Positions 1 through 11,426 of a stretch of 64,000 nucleotides of DNA are shown here, piece by piece (within the stretch, counting starts at the first letter, position 1; every line of letters starts with the position of its first letter). The notes beneath the pieces were generated by a model, which had not been told where the DNA came from, made no database searches, and worked only from the letters and a program-made list of their open reading frames with translations. The stretch covers positions 62,001 to 126,000 of the forward strand of contig OZ287694.1 in NCBI GenBank assembly GCA_965649825.1, read 5' to 3'. Made by a program: the position numbers and the translations under genes. Source of the stretch: Penicillus capitatus. Its lineage: Eukaryota; Plantae; Chlorophyta.

Positions 1-775
1 AGTGGACAGGTGCACGACCTTGAGATGCGAGAGGACAATTTTGGGAAGATTCCGGTGCAGTGGCGGGTGAAGTACTTGGCAATAGATGGGCTTCTCTTGA
101 TTCGCCAGGACAAAGGTCGAATGCTCACGATAGCCAAAATCCAGAAAGAAGTGCACTGCTGGCGACATCCCTTTCCCATCCACCTGACCAACGACACCAC
201 AGCTGAGACAGATCCGTGTATTCAACTGACGCGCATGCACCTCCAGGAGGCGAAATTCGATGTAGTCGACGATGACCTTGGCCGAAGCGAAGGTATCTTC
301 GAAGATTATCTTCAGTACTTGGCCACAGCAGACATTCATTCCTGATCCCATCCCATCACACCAACCGTAGGAAGGGGATGGACCTCACCGATCATTCTCT
401 GAACAACGGATTCGAGGACAGAGCCGAGCAAAGGGTGCGGTTTCTGAAGGGCAGTCGATGGATCAGAGGACAGGGGTGTGTTTCGTGGATCACTTCGCCG
501 AGGAGGTCCTTTTCGGTGGGGCCTGCCCATTTTGCCTCTTCTGCCATCAATGCTTCCTGCATCTCTTTTTCCAAATCGACAGGCTGGGGGCGGTTCGCCG
601 CCTGACGATCACGACGACGGACACGTCGACGACGCGCTGTCGTCGGTCTGTCGTCCCCTGCATCAGCAGCGCGGACCACCACGACCGGACGGCGTCTTCG
701 GTGACCCTCTGTCACCTGAACGCGTCTATTGCTCATAACAAGCGACGGCATCGCCGACCGTCGAACGCAGTGCAT
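1..775 (-). CDS. Multi-exon gene of unknown function, probably plastid-targeted; runs off the left edge
   Basis: Arg/Ser-rich transit-peptide-like N-terminus (MPSLVMSNRRVQ...RRRPVVVVRAAD), a coiled segment, then GT-AG micro-introns that link open frames (KPHPLLGSVLESVVQRMI / MNVCCGQVLKIIFEDTF / VHFFLDFGYREHSTFV). No family recognised. Confidence 0.4.
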
Positions 776-940
776 CACGTTGTGAGCGTGCGTGCGTTCG
801 GAAGGTGACCAAAACGGTGCGCGCACCGAATTCGATATCTGCGGTATGGAGTGTCGGTTTGCTCTCGGCGTGGACCGTCTCTCTTCTCTTAGACGTGCGT
901 GCGTCCCTCGCCTGCCTCGCCCACGAATGCCGTCGTTGTG

Positions 941-2791
941 ATGACAGGGTCGGTGTTTGGCCCGAGTCGTTCAGCACGTCCTCGCACTGTGCGTACGTTT
1001 GCAGCAGAAGGTAGCGAAAACGCAGTCCATCTTCGTCGCCGGCATCTTGTATTCGGTCTCTCTGTTCTCAAGGGTCACGTCAGCCGTGGGAGTTCGGTCG
1101 GTTTCTGAAGACGGTGTTATTCTTCAACGATCCTCTGCAGAGCCTTCTCAAGAACTTCACCAAACCGGCAGAAAAGCCATCGGCGCCAGCAGTCGTTGAA
1201 GAACGCTCGGGTGGAATCACAAAAGTATTCGGGCCCATGGAATCACCGTCCTCTCCGATCGTCCTGTTCGGTATACCCAGATCGACGGCATCGATCCACA
1301 TGTCTGCCAAATGTGTGTCTTCTTAGGCAGCGAGTCTGAAATTGGAAGATGTATGCTGGAAGGGATGATGAAGAAAGGAATGTCTGTTCGTGCCGTTGTC
1401 GCCAATGCTCAGCAGTCTCAGTCCGATCTCGTACACACATACCCCTCTTTCCCTGTATAGCGCTGGCGACAATGTTCCGCTTCAGGGGAATCTTGTACAC
1501 GATCCAGCCAGCATCCTGGATCTGGTCGAATGGAATAGAGGGATGCCCATGCCTCCAGCTGTTGCACGTCCAAAAGCCATTGCCGTCTGCGGTGCACTTG
1601 CTCCCTATGCAAAGTGCGCCGCCTCAGATCACGGGAGACCTTGTTTGGTAAATGGATGACCAGGATTGTGCAGAGCATGGTTCGGCCTGGCAAGGATGTC
1701 TACAATCCTTCTGAAGGCATCGAGCACATGACATGGGGACCGTTAGATGATGTGGTCATGGGCGGCTGTTCTCAAAGCTCACTGACCGTTCAGCAAGGGA
1801 AAGGCAACACAGCAGAGTACGCAGCAGTATTCAGGTGATCTCACACCTTTGCCAGATAGGGCAGAGCAGACAGACGTCCTGCATTGCTGTCAGCGGCAAC
1901 ATTACCTCTGCAAACAACGGCGGATTTGCATCTGTGCGAACAAAGAATCTGGAGCCGCCGCTGGATCTGAAAGAGTACGATGGACTGAAACTGAGAGTCC
2001 GAGGAGATGGTCAGCGCTACAAGTTCATGTTGAGAACCACTGAGAACTGGGACAGCATCAGCTTCTGCCAGTCAGCTCTCGATCCCTCTCCCTTTCGAAA
2101 GACGCTTCTCTTTTAGGAGCTTTGATACGAAAGAGGGGTGGCAGGATATCGCACTGCCCTTCAAGGATTTCTTTCCTGTTTTCCGTGCCAAATCTGTCAA
2201 TCCAGCGCCGTCGCTGAATCTGGATCGCATCAGGTCATCTCTTTCGTATGCTATGGGGATTGTTTTGTGAATACCACACCTGTGCAGTTCTCTGCAGATC
2301 ATGCTCTCGAAATTCGAGTACGATGGCAAACTGAATCCCGCCGTCAAAATGGGCCGATTCGAACTGCCCATCGAAAGCATCACGACCTTCGTCGATGAGG
2401 CCAAGGTACCCCATCGCACTCTTAACCCAAACACCTCACTGGTTTCTCGCATGAAAGGCTCCTCGAGTGTTGTGCATCGGAGAAGGAGGAGGAGACGAAG
2501 AAAACTCGCTCAAGAATATGACGGATCAGTGCTGCATCATCCACATCGATGCGGAACAGGAGGTAAAAAGAAGAAAGAAGCTCTCTCGATGAGCATTTGG
2601 ACGAATCAGGGAAGGACGGCGTTTCTTTTTGTACTCAGGTGCCGATGCAAGGCTCGACATTGGTGGCATTCGGTATGGCGTGCTTGACGGCAGAGGGGGC
2701 AGCTAAGGCAACGTTTAAGGAGAAGAAGCGCAGCATTCCAACGGAGAATCTCACATTTGATGCACTCGCTGAGAACTTCAGCAGAGAATGA
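941..2791 (+). CDS. NAD(P)-binding Rossmann-fold protein with inserted CIA30 (complex I intermediate-associated protein 30) domain, HCF173/At4g18810-like
   Basis: Spliced exons give IVLFG-SESEIGR...VRAVV (Rossmann), WGPLDDVVMGGCSQS, NNGGFASVRTKN, YDGLKLRVRGDGQRYK and MLSKFEYDGKLNP (CIA30 motifs). Stop at 2791. Confidence 0.8.
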
Positions 2792-2889
2792 ACCTCCCTC
2801 TGTATCATCATCTTTGAAAGGAGACAGATGATATCTCTTAACTCGAACAGACAGCACAGCTGACACCGTTTTGTTTTGTAAGTCCTCTT

Positions 2890-3398
2890 TTACTTTGGCG
2901 CAGCTCTCTTGGACGTACCTACTGGAACAATATACGTTGCCGCTATCCCCATCAGTGCAAATCTACACGTTCATCCCTCAGGCCAACGCGCTGTCTTTGC
3001 GAGGAGAGCAATACATGAGTGAACTCAGCAGTTGCTTGTAGTCGGCCGTGTCTGTCCTCATGTTTGCAAAGGCGACCGCCACGCAGAAAACCGAGAACCA
3101 CGCAGCGACCTTCATCTGATGCCATCCACTCAGATGTCACACTTCGAAACAGGTCACTCTTCTGGGTCTACCTTCACAATGAGCGCAATCATACCGAAGA
3201 TGAGAGCAAAGAACATCATTGGGTCTTGGGGCTGCGTATCTGGATCCACCACCGGCCTTTCATACTTCCTCGCCTCGGCAGGACGCCGCGGGTCGCTCTG
3301 CACCTGCCACCGCCGCCGAACGCCTTCGCCTCAACGACTGCGAACGAACATACTCTGATGGGTCGACTCGAACTGCCACTCGATTCGGCGCTGCGCAT
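2890..3398 (-). CDS. WDR83OS: PAT complex subunit Asterix (UPF0139/WDR83OS family), 4 exons
   Basis: Spliced product contains SDPRRPAEARKYERP, DPMMFFALIFGMIALIVK|MKVAAWFSVFCVAVAFANMR and DYKQLLSSL|IFALMGIAATY, collinear with the Asterix motifs SDPRRP, KWCAW and FANSR. Not visible in the ORF track because the exons are short. Confidence 0.8.
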
Positions 3399-3595
3399 CG
3401 TGCAGAGACGCCAGCCACTCTCGAACGAAGTTTGATGATGGGTTGGTTATACACAACGGCACAATGGTGTTCATTTTCTGGCACAAATAAATAAATTGTC
3501 ATGTCTCTTGCTGTTCCCATCCTCATGCCGCTGAGCAACCCGTTTAAATGTCTTCTCGTCACATCTACTAAACCCACGCTGCCGTCTTCTTCTAT

Positions 3596-5222
3596 TTACT
3601 GTGTTCGATTTTGCAGATTGATGATCTTCCGCTCTCCGATGTTGGCAAAGGGCGCCTCGATTATGTCTCCTCGAGCCAGACCGGGAGGAATCAACATCGT
3701 CCCTCCGTACAAACCAGTGTAGTCTCTTTCCATTTCGCTCAGTACATCTTCTAAACTCCGGACCTCAACCCGCACCGAACCTGCCAAGGCCACACGCTTG
3801 TCTTTCGGATAACGAGGGGCCGAGACTTGAAATGCTATCTGGAAGCTCTTGCACCCTCTTAGAAATTCGCCTGGCTTTTGCTTCGGCCTTTGCGGCAAGA
3901 GAAATCCACTTCTCTGCGTCATCCCCTTCCTGCTGCTTTGCCTGAACAACAGCACGCGGCATTCAAAGAGTGACCACTTGCGAAAAGAGTGATGCGCACA
4001 CATACCATGAATCGTGCCTCCTGAGCTTCTCCTTTGAGATCCTCCATCTCATCACACAATGTCGTCCGTTCTCTCTCCAGTTTTTTCCGCGTCGCCGAGT
4101 CGACAGCACAGTCCAGGTCTTCTTTAGAGAAAAACAGAGGGCGTAATCGTTGACCTCCCTGAAAACCGTCAAATCCAATCCATCGCTCAAGAGCAAAGAT
4201 CAAGGAGCGGATACCGCATTCAATCCGTCTACGTGAAAGACTGGTACACCTGTAAAGCAACTGTGCTTGAATCCATTCTGCTTCATCACCTGTACATAAG
4301 ACCACGATGGGACAGTCACTCTTTAAAGTACTGAAGGTCACACTTGAAGTGCATGGCTGATCTGATCTGGCTCCGGAACAAATCTGTAGATCACATGCTG
4401 CGCAGCAACAGTCACATCACTGTACAGATCCAGAAGATCAACAGAAGCGCGTTCGCACTTTTAAGTAGTTTTGCTCTTTATTAGAGAACATTTCGTAAAG
4501 ACTTCCCAGATCCAAACTAATCACTTGTAGGTCATTTGCCGTCTCTGGCACATCTTCCTTGACCTTCTCGGCAAAAGCGCCGCCACAATCGCGTGCGCCG
4601 CCACACTTTTCGATCTCACTTTTGTCAAGAGCTGTCGGGCACCTGACGCAGCCATAAAAAGAAGTCCAATCGGCTTCTCCATATCTTCATCTTGACTCTC
4701 CTGCACACAAACAACATTCACAGCAACTGCGATCCATCAAGGACAGCATCTCACATATGGCTTTATGTAAATAAGCTTTCCGTTCTTCCTGGTAACCAGA
4801 TAAACTGGCACGTGTGAGACCCGTCTCTTGATCTCAGCTTGATGCGGCGTCAAGCTAGCGATGGCTGTTGGCGTCGTCCATTTGCGCGAGAGAGCCTAAG
4901 GGATGAACACGGGTTTCGTTATTCGAATCGGAAATGGACGTTTGGGTGGCCGCACAGCAAAGACGTGTCGTGTTGTTGTTGGCGGATGCAATAGCGACAA
5001 ATGTTTCCCGACGCCGTTTTCAAATCCGTGTCGGATACGCGATAAAAAGACGCCAACGCGGTGTTCTGTTTGGCTCCAGTTGTGTACGATGTGGCGACGC
5101 AACTGACGAACGCCGTCGACAACGCGTTCGATAGGAGAGTCCACCGTCGGAGCGGGACGGCGAACAATTTCCACCTCCTGAACTCGAAAGACGCGGCCTC
5201 CAACACGCTTCTTACACTTCAT
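3596..5222 (-). CDS. TIC22: Tic22-like chloroplast intermembrane-space chaperone (copy 1)
   Basis: VSHVPVYLVTRKNG, IGLLFMAASGARQLL, RPLFFSKEDLD and VEVRSLEDVLSEME...MLIPPG match the Tic22 motifs PVYFSKEDIE and VGSLEDVL...FIPPG. Confidence 0.75.
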
Positions 5223-5296
5223 ATTTAAAACGGGAAATGACGAAACGGTCACTTCAAAAAAGGGTCGTCTTCTCAACGACGCGGCGCCGTTGTGCT

Positions 5297-7110
5297 TCAC
5301 ATCGTCAGCTGCTCGGGATGTTCGATCACACTCTTGAGCGACTGCAGAAATTCTGCTGCCTGTGCTCCATAGACGATTCGATGATCGCAGGTCAGATTAA
5401 CTTGCATGATCTTTTTGACACCGATCAGACCATCTTTGGTCGCCACCACTTTGGGCAAGCTGCCGCCAATGGCCAAGATTCCGGCAGTGCCCATCGGCAG
5501 AATGGCATCGAAGTTGTCGACACCGTACATACCGAGATTGGAGATGGTAAACGTGCCGCTCGTGTATTCCGCAGGGGTCAGTTTCTTCACTCGAGCTCTC
5601 TTAACAAGATCCGCCCATTCCCTGAAAGCAAAGGATCGATAAGCCTCTCCTCGCGCGTATCTGTCGCCGGGCAGACCTGGACATGGTGTAGATGTCTTTG
5701 GAATCGGCATCGCTGAGAACAGGAGTGATGAGACCTCCACCTGCCATCGTCACAGCAATGGCAACATTCACATGTTCATTGTAGGTGATGCCGTCGGCAC
5801 CAGAGGTGCATTCTGCAGATAGGGGAATGGGGATCGTGGGCAGGGCGCTGCGTGTGTCTTACGTGCGAAGAGGACTGGATGCTTGGCCAGGGCGACGCCA
5901 CATGCTTTGGCCAACAGTGCCGTCATGGTCACTCCTTTTGGCTTCAGCTGTTTGTAAAGGACATCGAACGCATCGGTTTCGATGCTGCAGGCGACCCGGA
6001 ACTCCGGAACCTGATATCCACACAGATCGTTTACCTCTGTTCCCTGCCAGATGTCTATCTCACCGCGAGACTGTCAATCATGCCTTTGGCAACAGCAGCC
6101 TCGAGAGGATTAAAAGGCACCGTTGTTCCCAACAGCTCCGAAACCCTGGTGCCTTCAACAGCAGGTGCTGTCTTCTGAGGGGATGGGGTTACTGGAGCGA
6201 GACCAGACTCGGCGGCTCCAGATGGCTTAAGCGGCGCCACGGAATGTGGCGGCGCCGCAACCTTCCCTACACCATGCTCAGTACTCCACGAAGGTGACGG
6301 CGTTCGGTCTTCGATCACTCTTTACCTGATGCAGCGTTCTCAACGTCCGCCGCTGTGATGCGACCTGCCGGACCAGATCCTGCAACTGTCTTCAGATCCA
6401 CCTAAGGATGGCGGCCTGGATGTGGATGACCAACACAGTAATCCCTGTCACTCACTTTCAATTCCTTGGCAAGTTTCTTTGCGTAAGGCGTCGCAATGAT
6501 GCGGCCATCGGAACGAGGAACCGGCACAGCAACTGGCGGCGGTGGCGGCGGTGGCGGCGGGGCCACAGGAATCGGTGTCGAGCTCTCCGGCGCTGCCGCT
6601 GGAGCAGGCGGTAGTTTAGCCTCCTCAACCTTCTGGAAGCAGATCAAGATACAGATACTGACAGATCAAGTGAGATCTCACTGTTTCTGCCGCTGCCTGC
6701 GCGACAGGGACAGCTGTTCCATTCGATGCAGCACCATCCCCTTTGTTCTGCGCCTCTGCGACATCCGCTTCGCTGTCCGCAAGATAAGCAATCGGTGCGC
6801 CCACGCCCGCAACGCCTCCCTCCTCAACCACTATCTTCCCGAGGATACCATCGTTGAAAGACTCGACGTCCATGTCTGCCTTATCCGACTCCACGACAAC
6901 GATCGGCTCTCCCTTCGCGACCTTTTCTCCTTCAGTCTTGAGCCACGACACGATCTTGCCTTCCGTCATCGTCGAGCTGAGTGCAGGCATGAAGACTTCT
7001 TTGACGGCGCAAAGAGGGACCATTCGCATTGAGCGTCGCGGTGGAGAGCATCGTATTCGGTGTGTCGTGATCGACGAGACGAGTGGAGAAGAGAGAGACA
7101 AGAAATACAT
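5297..7110 (-). CDS. LTA2: Plastid pyruvate dehydrogenase E2, dihydrolipoamide acetyltransferase
   Basis: Lipoyl domain MPALSSTMTEGKIVSW...VESDKADMDVE, E3-binding ATPYAKKLAKE...GSGPAGRI, catalytic GTFTISNLGMYG and LTCDHRIVYGA. Transit peptide present. Confidence 0.95.
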
Positions 7111-7276
7111 GCTTGCTCACAAAATGTACCACACACACCATTAGCGTCATGTCAAACGACGTATGAATAAGATAATGATATCATGTTTGATCTTGATTGC
7201 TATAGAGTGGCATAGGATTGAGCTGTTTCTTGACTTGCTTTTGTATGAACGTATGCATGTGTGTGTTTGTGTTCGC

Positions 7277-7915
7277 CTATGTTTCGCAGAGAGCGACGGC
7301 TTCGCCGACAGCTTCACCCGAAATTCGCACGCCGACATTTCCAAATGAATACTGATGGAATGGATCGCGAATGACAGCAGAGATCACTCTGGACAGACAA
7401 TCACTGCCTCTCTCATACGCTGCTGCCACAACATTGGCACGAATCCAGCCCCAAGCAAAGCCAAAATCACCCTCTGTCGAAAAGCAAATGTAAAAGAGAT
7501 GGACGGTTAGAGAAGACAACGCGGCATACCCTCGCATTCGGGTTCGCCGAAAAAGTTAATGAAGCCTTCAGAGGTTGCATAGTCTCCAAACTGCTCTGTA
7601 TTCGATAATCCAAATTCGTACTGCTTGACGAAACAGGCGTTGCCCGTCCCGACAACCTTGATTTTGAACCAGCCGCACATTCTGGTGACCGAACCCGAAG
7701 TGGCATTCTCTGCGAGCATAAAATGACCATGGATGCACATGTGGAGACAGGAGCCTCTTGCCTAAAGGTTCGACTGTGTTGTTCTCTTTCTCATTTTTTC
7801 TGCGAAGAACCCAGTCAGTGACTTTCTCCCGCGCCTCTCGGAAGTTGAAATCGAGCGCAGTGGTGGGTGCTGCGACGAGAACGATGAACAGGAGCGCGGC
7901 ACAAGCTGTCTTCAT
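7277..7915 (-). CDS. Secreted 4-Cys protein family, copy A (3 exons)
   Basis: Signal peptide MKTACAALLFIVLVAAPTTA; GWFKIKVVGTGNACF...FFGEPECE|...IRANVVAAAYERGSDCLSRVI...ALCET. Confidence 0.8.
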
Positions 7916-8390
7916 CAAAGCGCGTTTCGATTTGTGGCTCGAAGTGAAAAATACACAGAACGAACAAACAATATCAATCCGCTGACGGGGTCTGTCTCCT
8001 TATAACCAACATCGACATGTCTTGTCACGTGACGCAACCGAAGTGACCGACAGCAGCAAGCTGTGCTGCCTATCTGCTGGTGGGAACTTACTCAGGAGAA
8101 GGCTCTGAATTCAGAAACATCCCATGCGTCAGCATTTCTGCAAGGATGGCAGAGAACCGAAGATATCTTCTGCAGACATTCGCATCGGTGGCCAGTCATG
8201 CTGTTTCAGAACAATGACCTCGACGACGATCAGTATTGCCTGCCAAAGACGCGCGACAATGGAGATGATTTCTATGCAAGGTTCTCTGCGACACCGCCAC
8301 TTAAAGCAAACGTGTTAAGCGGAGCACTCTTTGGTGCATTTCACCCCCTTAATGTACGACGCACAGCTGAGATTGAGCAAATAAAAAACA

Positions 8391-9074
8391 TCAGATTTGT
8401 GTGATGCGGCTGCCCGTTTCGCACAGCGCCAGTGCTTCGCCCTCAGATTCGCCAGTGGTTTTCACACTCACGTCGCCGATCGAAAAGAAGTGGTGTGGAT
8501 CCTGGACGACCGATGAGATCACACGAGAGAGACAATCCTGTCCCTTTTCATAGGCTGCTGCCACCACATTGGCTCGAATCAGTCCAAAAGCGAGACCGAC
8601 AGCACCAACTACGTGCAGACGGAGAGAGACTCTTCAAGGCATCATGACGTAAGGATGATGGACGGACCTTTGCATTCCGGGTAACCATAGACTTTGGCAA
8701 ATGCCTCTGTCGAAGCGAATTCGCCAGACTCGTGCAAATGGGTGAAAGCGTGCTCGTCCTCAAATTCGTAGCACGCTTTACCGGTGCCCACGACTTTAAC
8801 AATGAGCCATTCGTGGAAAGTCGATACGGAGAACGAACAGCTTGGTTTTGGAAGATCTACGCGAAGGCCGGCAACTTGTCGTTGTCGTCGCGGAATCGAA
8901 AGACAGACCTTCCACATGTTTTTCGATGTCCTCAAACACTTCGTGTACTTTCTCCAAGGAGTTATGTTCGCCGTGCACGTCTTCCTGAACCGTTTCTTTC
9001 ACGGTCTCCTCGACCGCGCACGACACGCAGCAAAGACCGACAACGACAAAACAAGCAACTTTCATGAAGTCCAT
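8391..9074 (-). CDS. Secreted 4-Cys protein family, copy B
   Basis: Signal peptide MKVACFVVVGLCCVSCA; EWLIVKVVGTGKACY...YGYPECK|...IRANVVAAAYEKGQDCLSRVI...ALCET. Same intron position after the C-x motif as copy A. Confidence 0.75.
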
Positions 9075-10010
9075 GGCAGCCAGCGTCAGTGGTTGCGAAT
9101 CCGTGCTGCGTTTAAATGTGGTACGGAGCTGTCTCTGTCTGACGCAAGCTAAAGAAAGCATCTACCCTGCAGGTTGAGTAGAGCACATCCTCTGCCGTTT
9201 TCGTCCACAACGGATCCAACGTGCAGCTGAGAAAGACACATGGCTAGGCGGCTTGTTCTCTACACTATGCTGCGCAGACAAATGGCAAGCGCCTTTGGAG
9301 CCGCCCGCGATTAGACTTGCTGTCGGAAGGGTCTGTCGAAAATGACACCTGAACGACGACGGCCCTTCAGCAAAAGACGCTTGCATTACGAAGCTGCTTG
9401 CCGTCGAGCAACTTTGCGCAATGATGCCACAGCATTCGTCAAATGCATCGAGTTCAGGCCCGATGGCTGCGGCAGCATCTAGGTTCTTTGTTTGGGCCTC
9501 GATTTTCTTGGCGAAGAGATGGGAGATCTCTGTTTAGACCGTCATGAGCAGATAACACATCTCCTCCTCAATCGCAAATGCCTGTGCCTCGTTCTCTGCA
9601 TCTATTGGATCATCATTCAATACGGCAATTGGTTGCATGCTCGTGGTTCATTATCGGACAATGGCGCTCGCTGCATGACCCGTGGGACAGCATGACCTGT
9701 GCTTCGCAGTTAACGTTGTGCGTTTCGTCTCCTTTCACGCTGGCATAATGCTTCGCGTCAAAACATGGGACTTTAGACTCTGTTACAGTTTCAGAGCAAT
9801 GCCGCCTTTACAATGAATGGGCCTCCTATTAGAGGACACATTACAATGGGCCTTTGCATATGTTCCCACATTCGATGAATGCATCCATCGAACAAAGATG
9901 TCTTTTAGAGTACACAGATAAACAGGACTTCGTATATGTCCTTATATTTTCTCATTGGACGATCAGAAATGGATGACAGAACGAAATATCGTACATGTTT
10001 TTGGTCCATT

Positions 10011-10663
10011 TCACGAATCACAGAGTATCATTGCTTCGGCGACGTATTCACCAGAAGTTGTCACATTCACGTCACCACTTGAAAATACATGCAAGGGGTC
10101 AGTGATGACCGATGCTATCACACGAGATAGGCATTCAGGTCCCTCTTGATAGGCAGCGGCAGCCACATTGGCACGAATCTTCCCGAAGGATAGGCCAATA
10201 TCTCCGACTTGATGAACACAAAAATACGTTGACAGGATCATCACTTATCAGAGATGCAAACCTTCGCAGTCCGCATAGCCATAAAGATCGGCAGAGGCAT
10301 CTGTTGAGGCTGACTGACCGACCTCTCGATTGGTGATCGATTCAAAGCGAAACTCTTTGATGTAGCATGCCTGGCCAGTGCCTAAGGCGATGATGAAGAG
10401 CCAGCCGTCATAGACCGTCTCAGAGAAAGGCCCGTCAACGGATTCAGGCACTACTAAAGCATAACGTATTACTCAAGCAACGAAGCGAAGAGGAAGGTAC
10501 AAGCGCTTTCTTCGACTTCGGTGTCTGGTTCGACTTTGTCTCCGTCGGGAGAGGCATTCGTGTCGTTGCGCGTTTTGTTGAAGAATTTTCTTCCAAAATC
10601 GAATGCGTGTGAAACGGAAAAGAGAATTGCCAAAAGAAGCAACGCCGTTTTCACTTGCGCCAT
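10011..10663 (-). CDS. Secreted 4-Cys protein family, copy C
   Basis: Signal peptide MAQVKTALLLLAILFSVSHA; GWLFIIALGTGQACY...YGYADCE|...IRANVAAAAYQEGPECLSRVI...ILCDS. Confidence 0.8.
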
Positions 10664-11079
10664 AGCGAGTTAGATTCCAAAGCAGCTGCGCGAATGGTAG
10701 TTTAATAACACAAGAAAAGTCGAGGGCCCGAAGCGAACGCAAAAACTGTGATGGTCGGCCGCCAGAAACAATTGACAAACAGCTCGGATTATTTATCACG
10801 TCTGCAGGATTCGGTCATGACATTTAAAGCCCGTCAGTGATGTGACAAGGATGACATGACGTCTAAAGCCGCCTTTCGTGCTCATCTGTAGTGTCGCTGA
10901 TGGCATCTGGATGGGCAGTCGCATCCGAGCAGACAGACAAGAAAGGCGATTGCAATGTGGTGCGCAACACAGTCGACGTGGCATCTCTCCCCTCGTCAGT
11001 GCGTAGCAGGCGGAAAACACTTTGTTGATCAAGAGAGTGGCGGCGGCTGTGGTCTTTCGTGCTTGCATTTCGCTTCTGG

Positions 11080-11426
11080 ATACGGTGAGTATGGTTCGGT
11101 CTGCATACGGCGCATGTATACGGAATATACGATTAAAAGTGGGTCAATACGGTCCATTGTATACGGCAAAAATGCATACGAAATTCACAGTTTTTCTAAA
11201 ATTTCCCACAGGACCGTGTTTCCTGATCGGACACACCTCCTCAGTTTTTATACCCTTAAATGTGACGAAAAATAAGAATTTCACTTCAAATGAGTGGCGA
11301 TGCGCTAGATAGAGGACTAGATACTTTTGCAAGATACGATTTTAACCGTCGCCGTATTTTGAAAATACGGTTTTTAGCCGTATTTCCGGCCTCAAAAATA
11401 CGGAAAATACGCTACGGAAAATATGG
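11080..11426. repeat. Cluster of ATACGG/CCGTAT hexamers, possibly a DNA-transposon or MITE relic
   Basis: Nine exact ATACGG/CCGTAT copies (11080, 11105, 11118, 11147, 11161, 11352, 11365, 11378, 11398) plus several one-mismatch copies in about 350 bp of AT-rich non-coding DNA. Confidence 0.6.

Noticed and set aside
3019-3435. 138-aa plus-strand ORF
   Set aside because: It is the antisense shadow of the spliced Asterix gene, which matches a known family.
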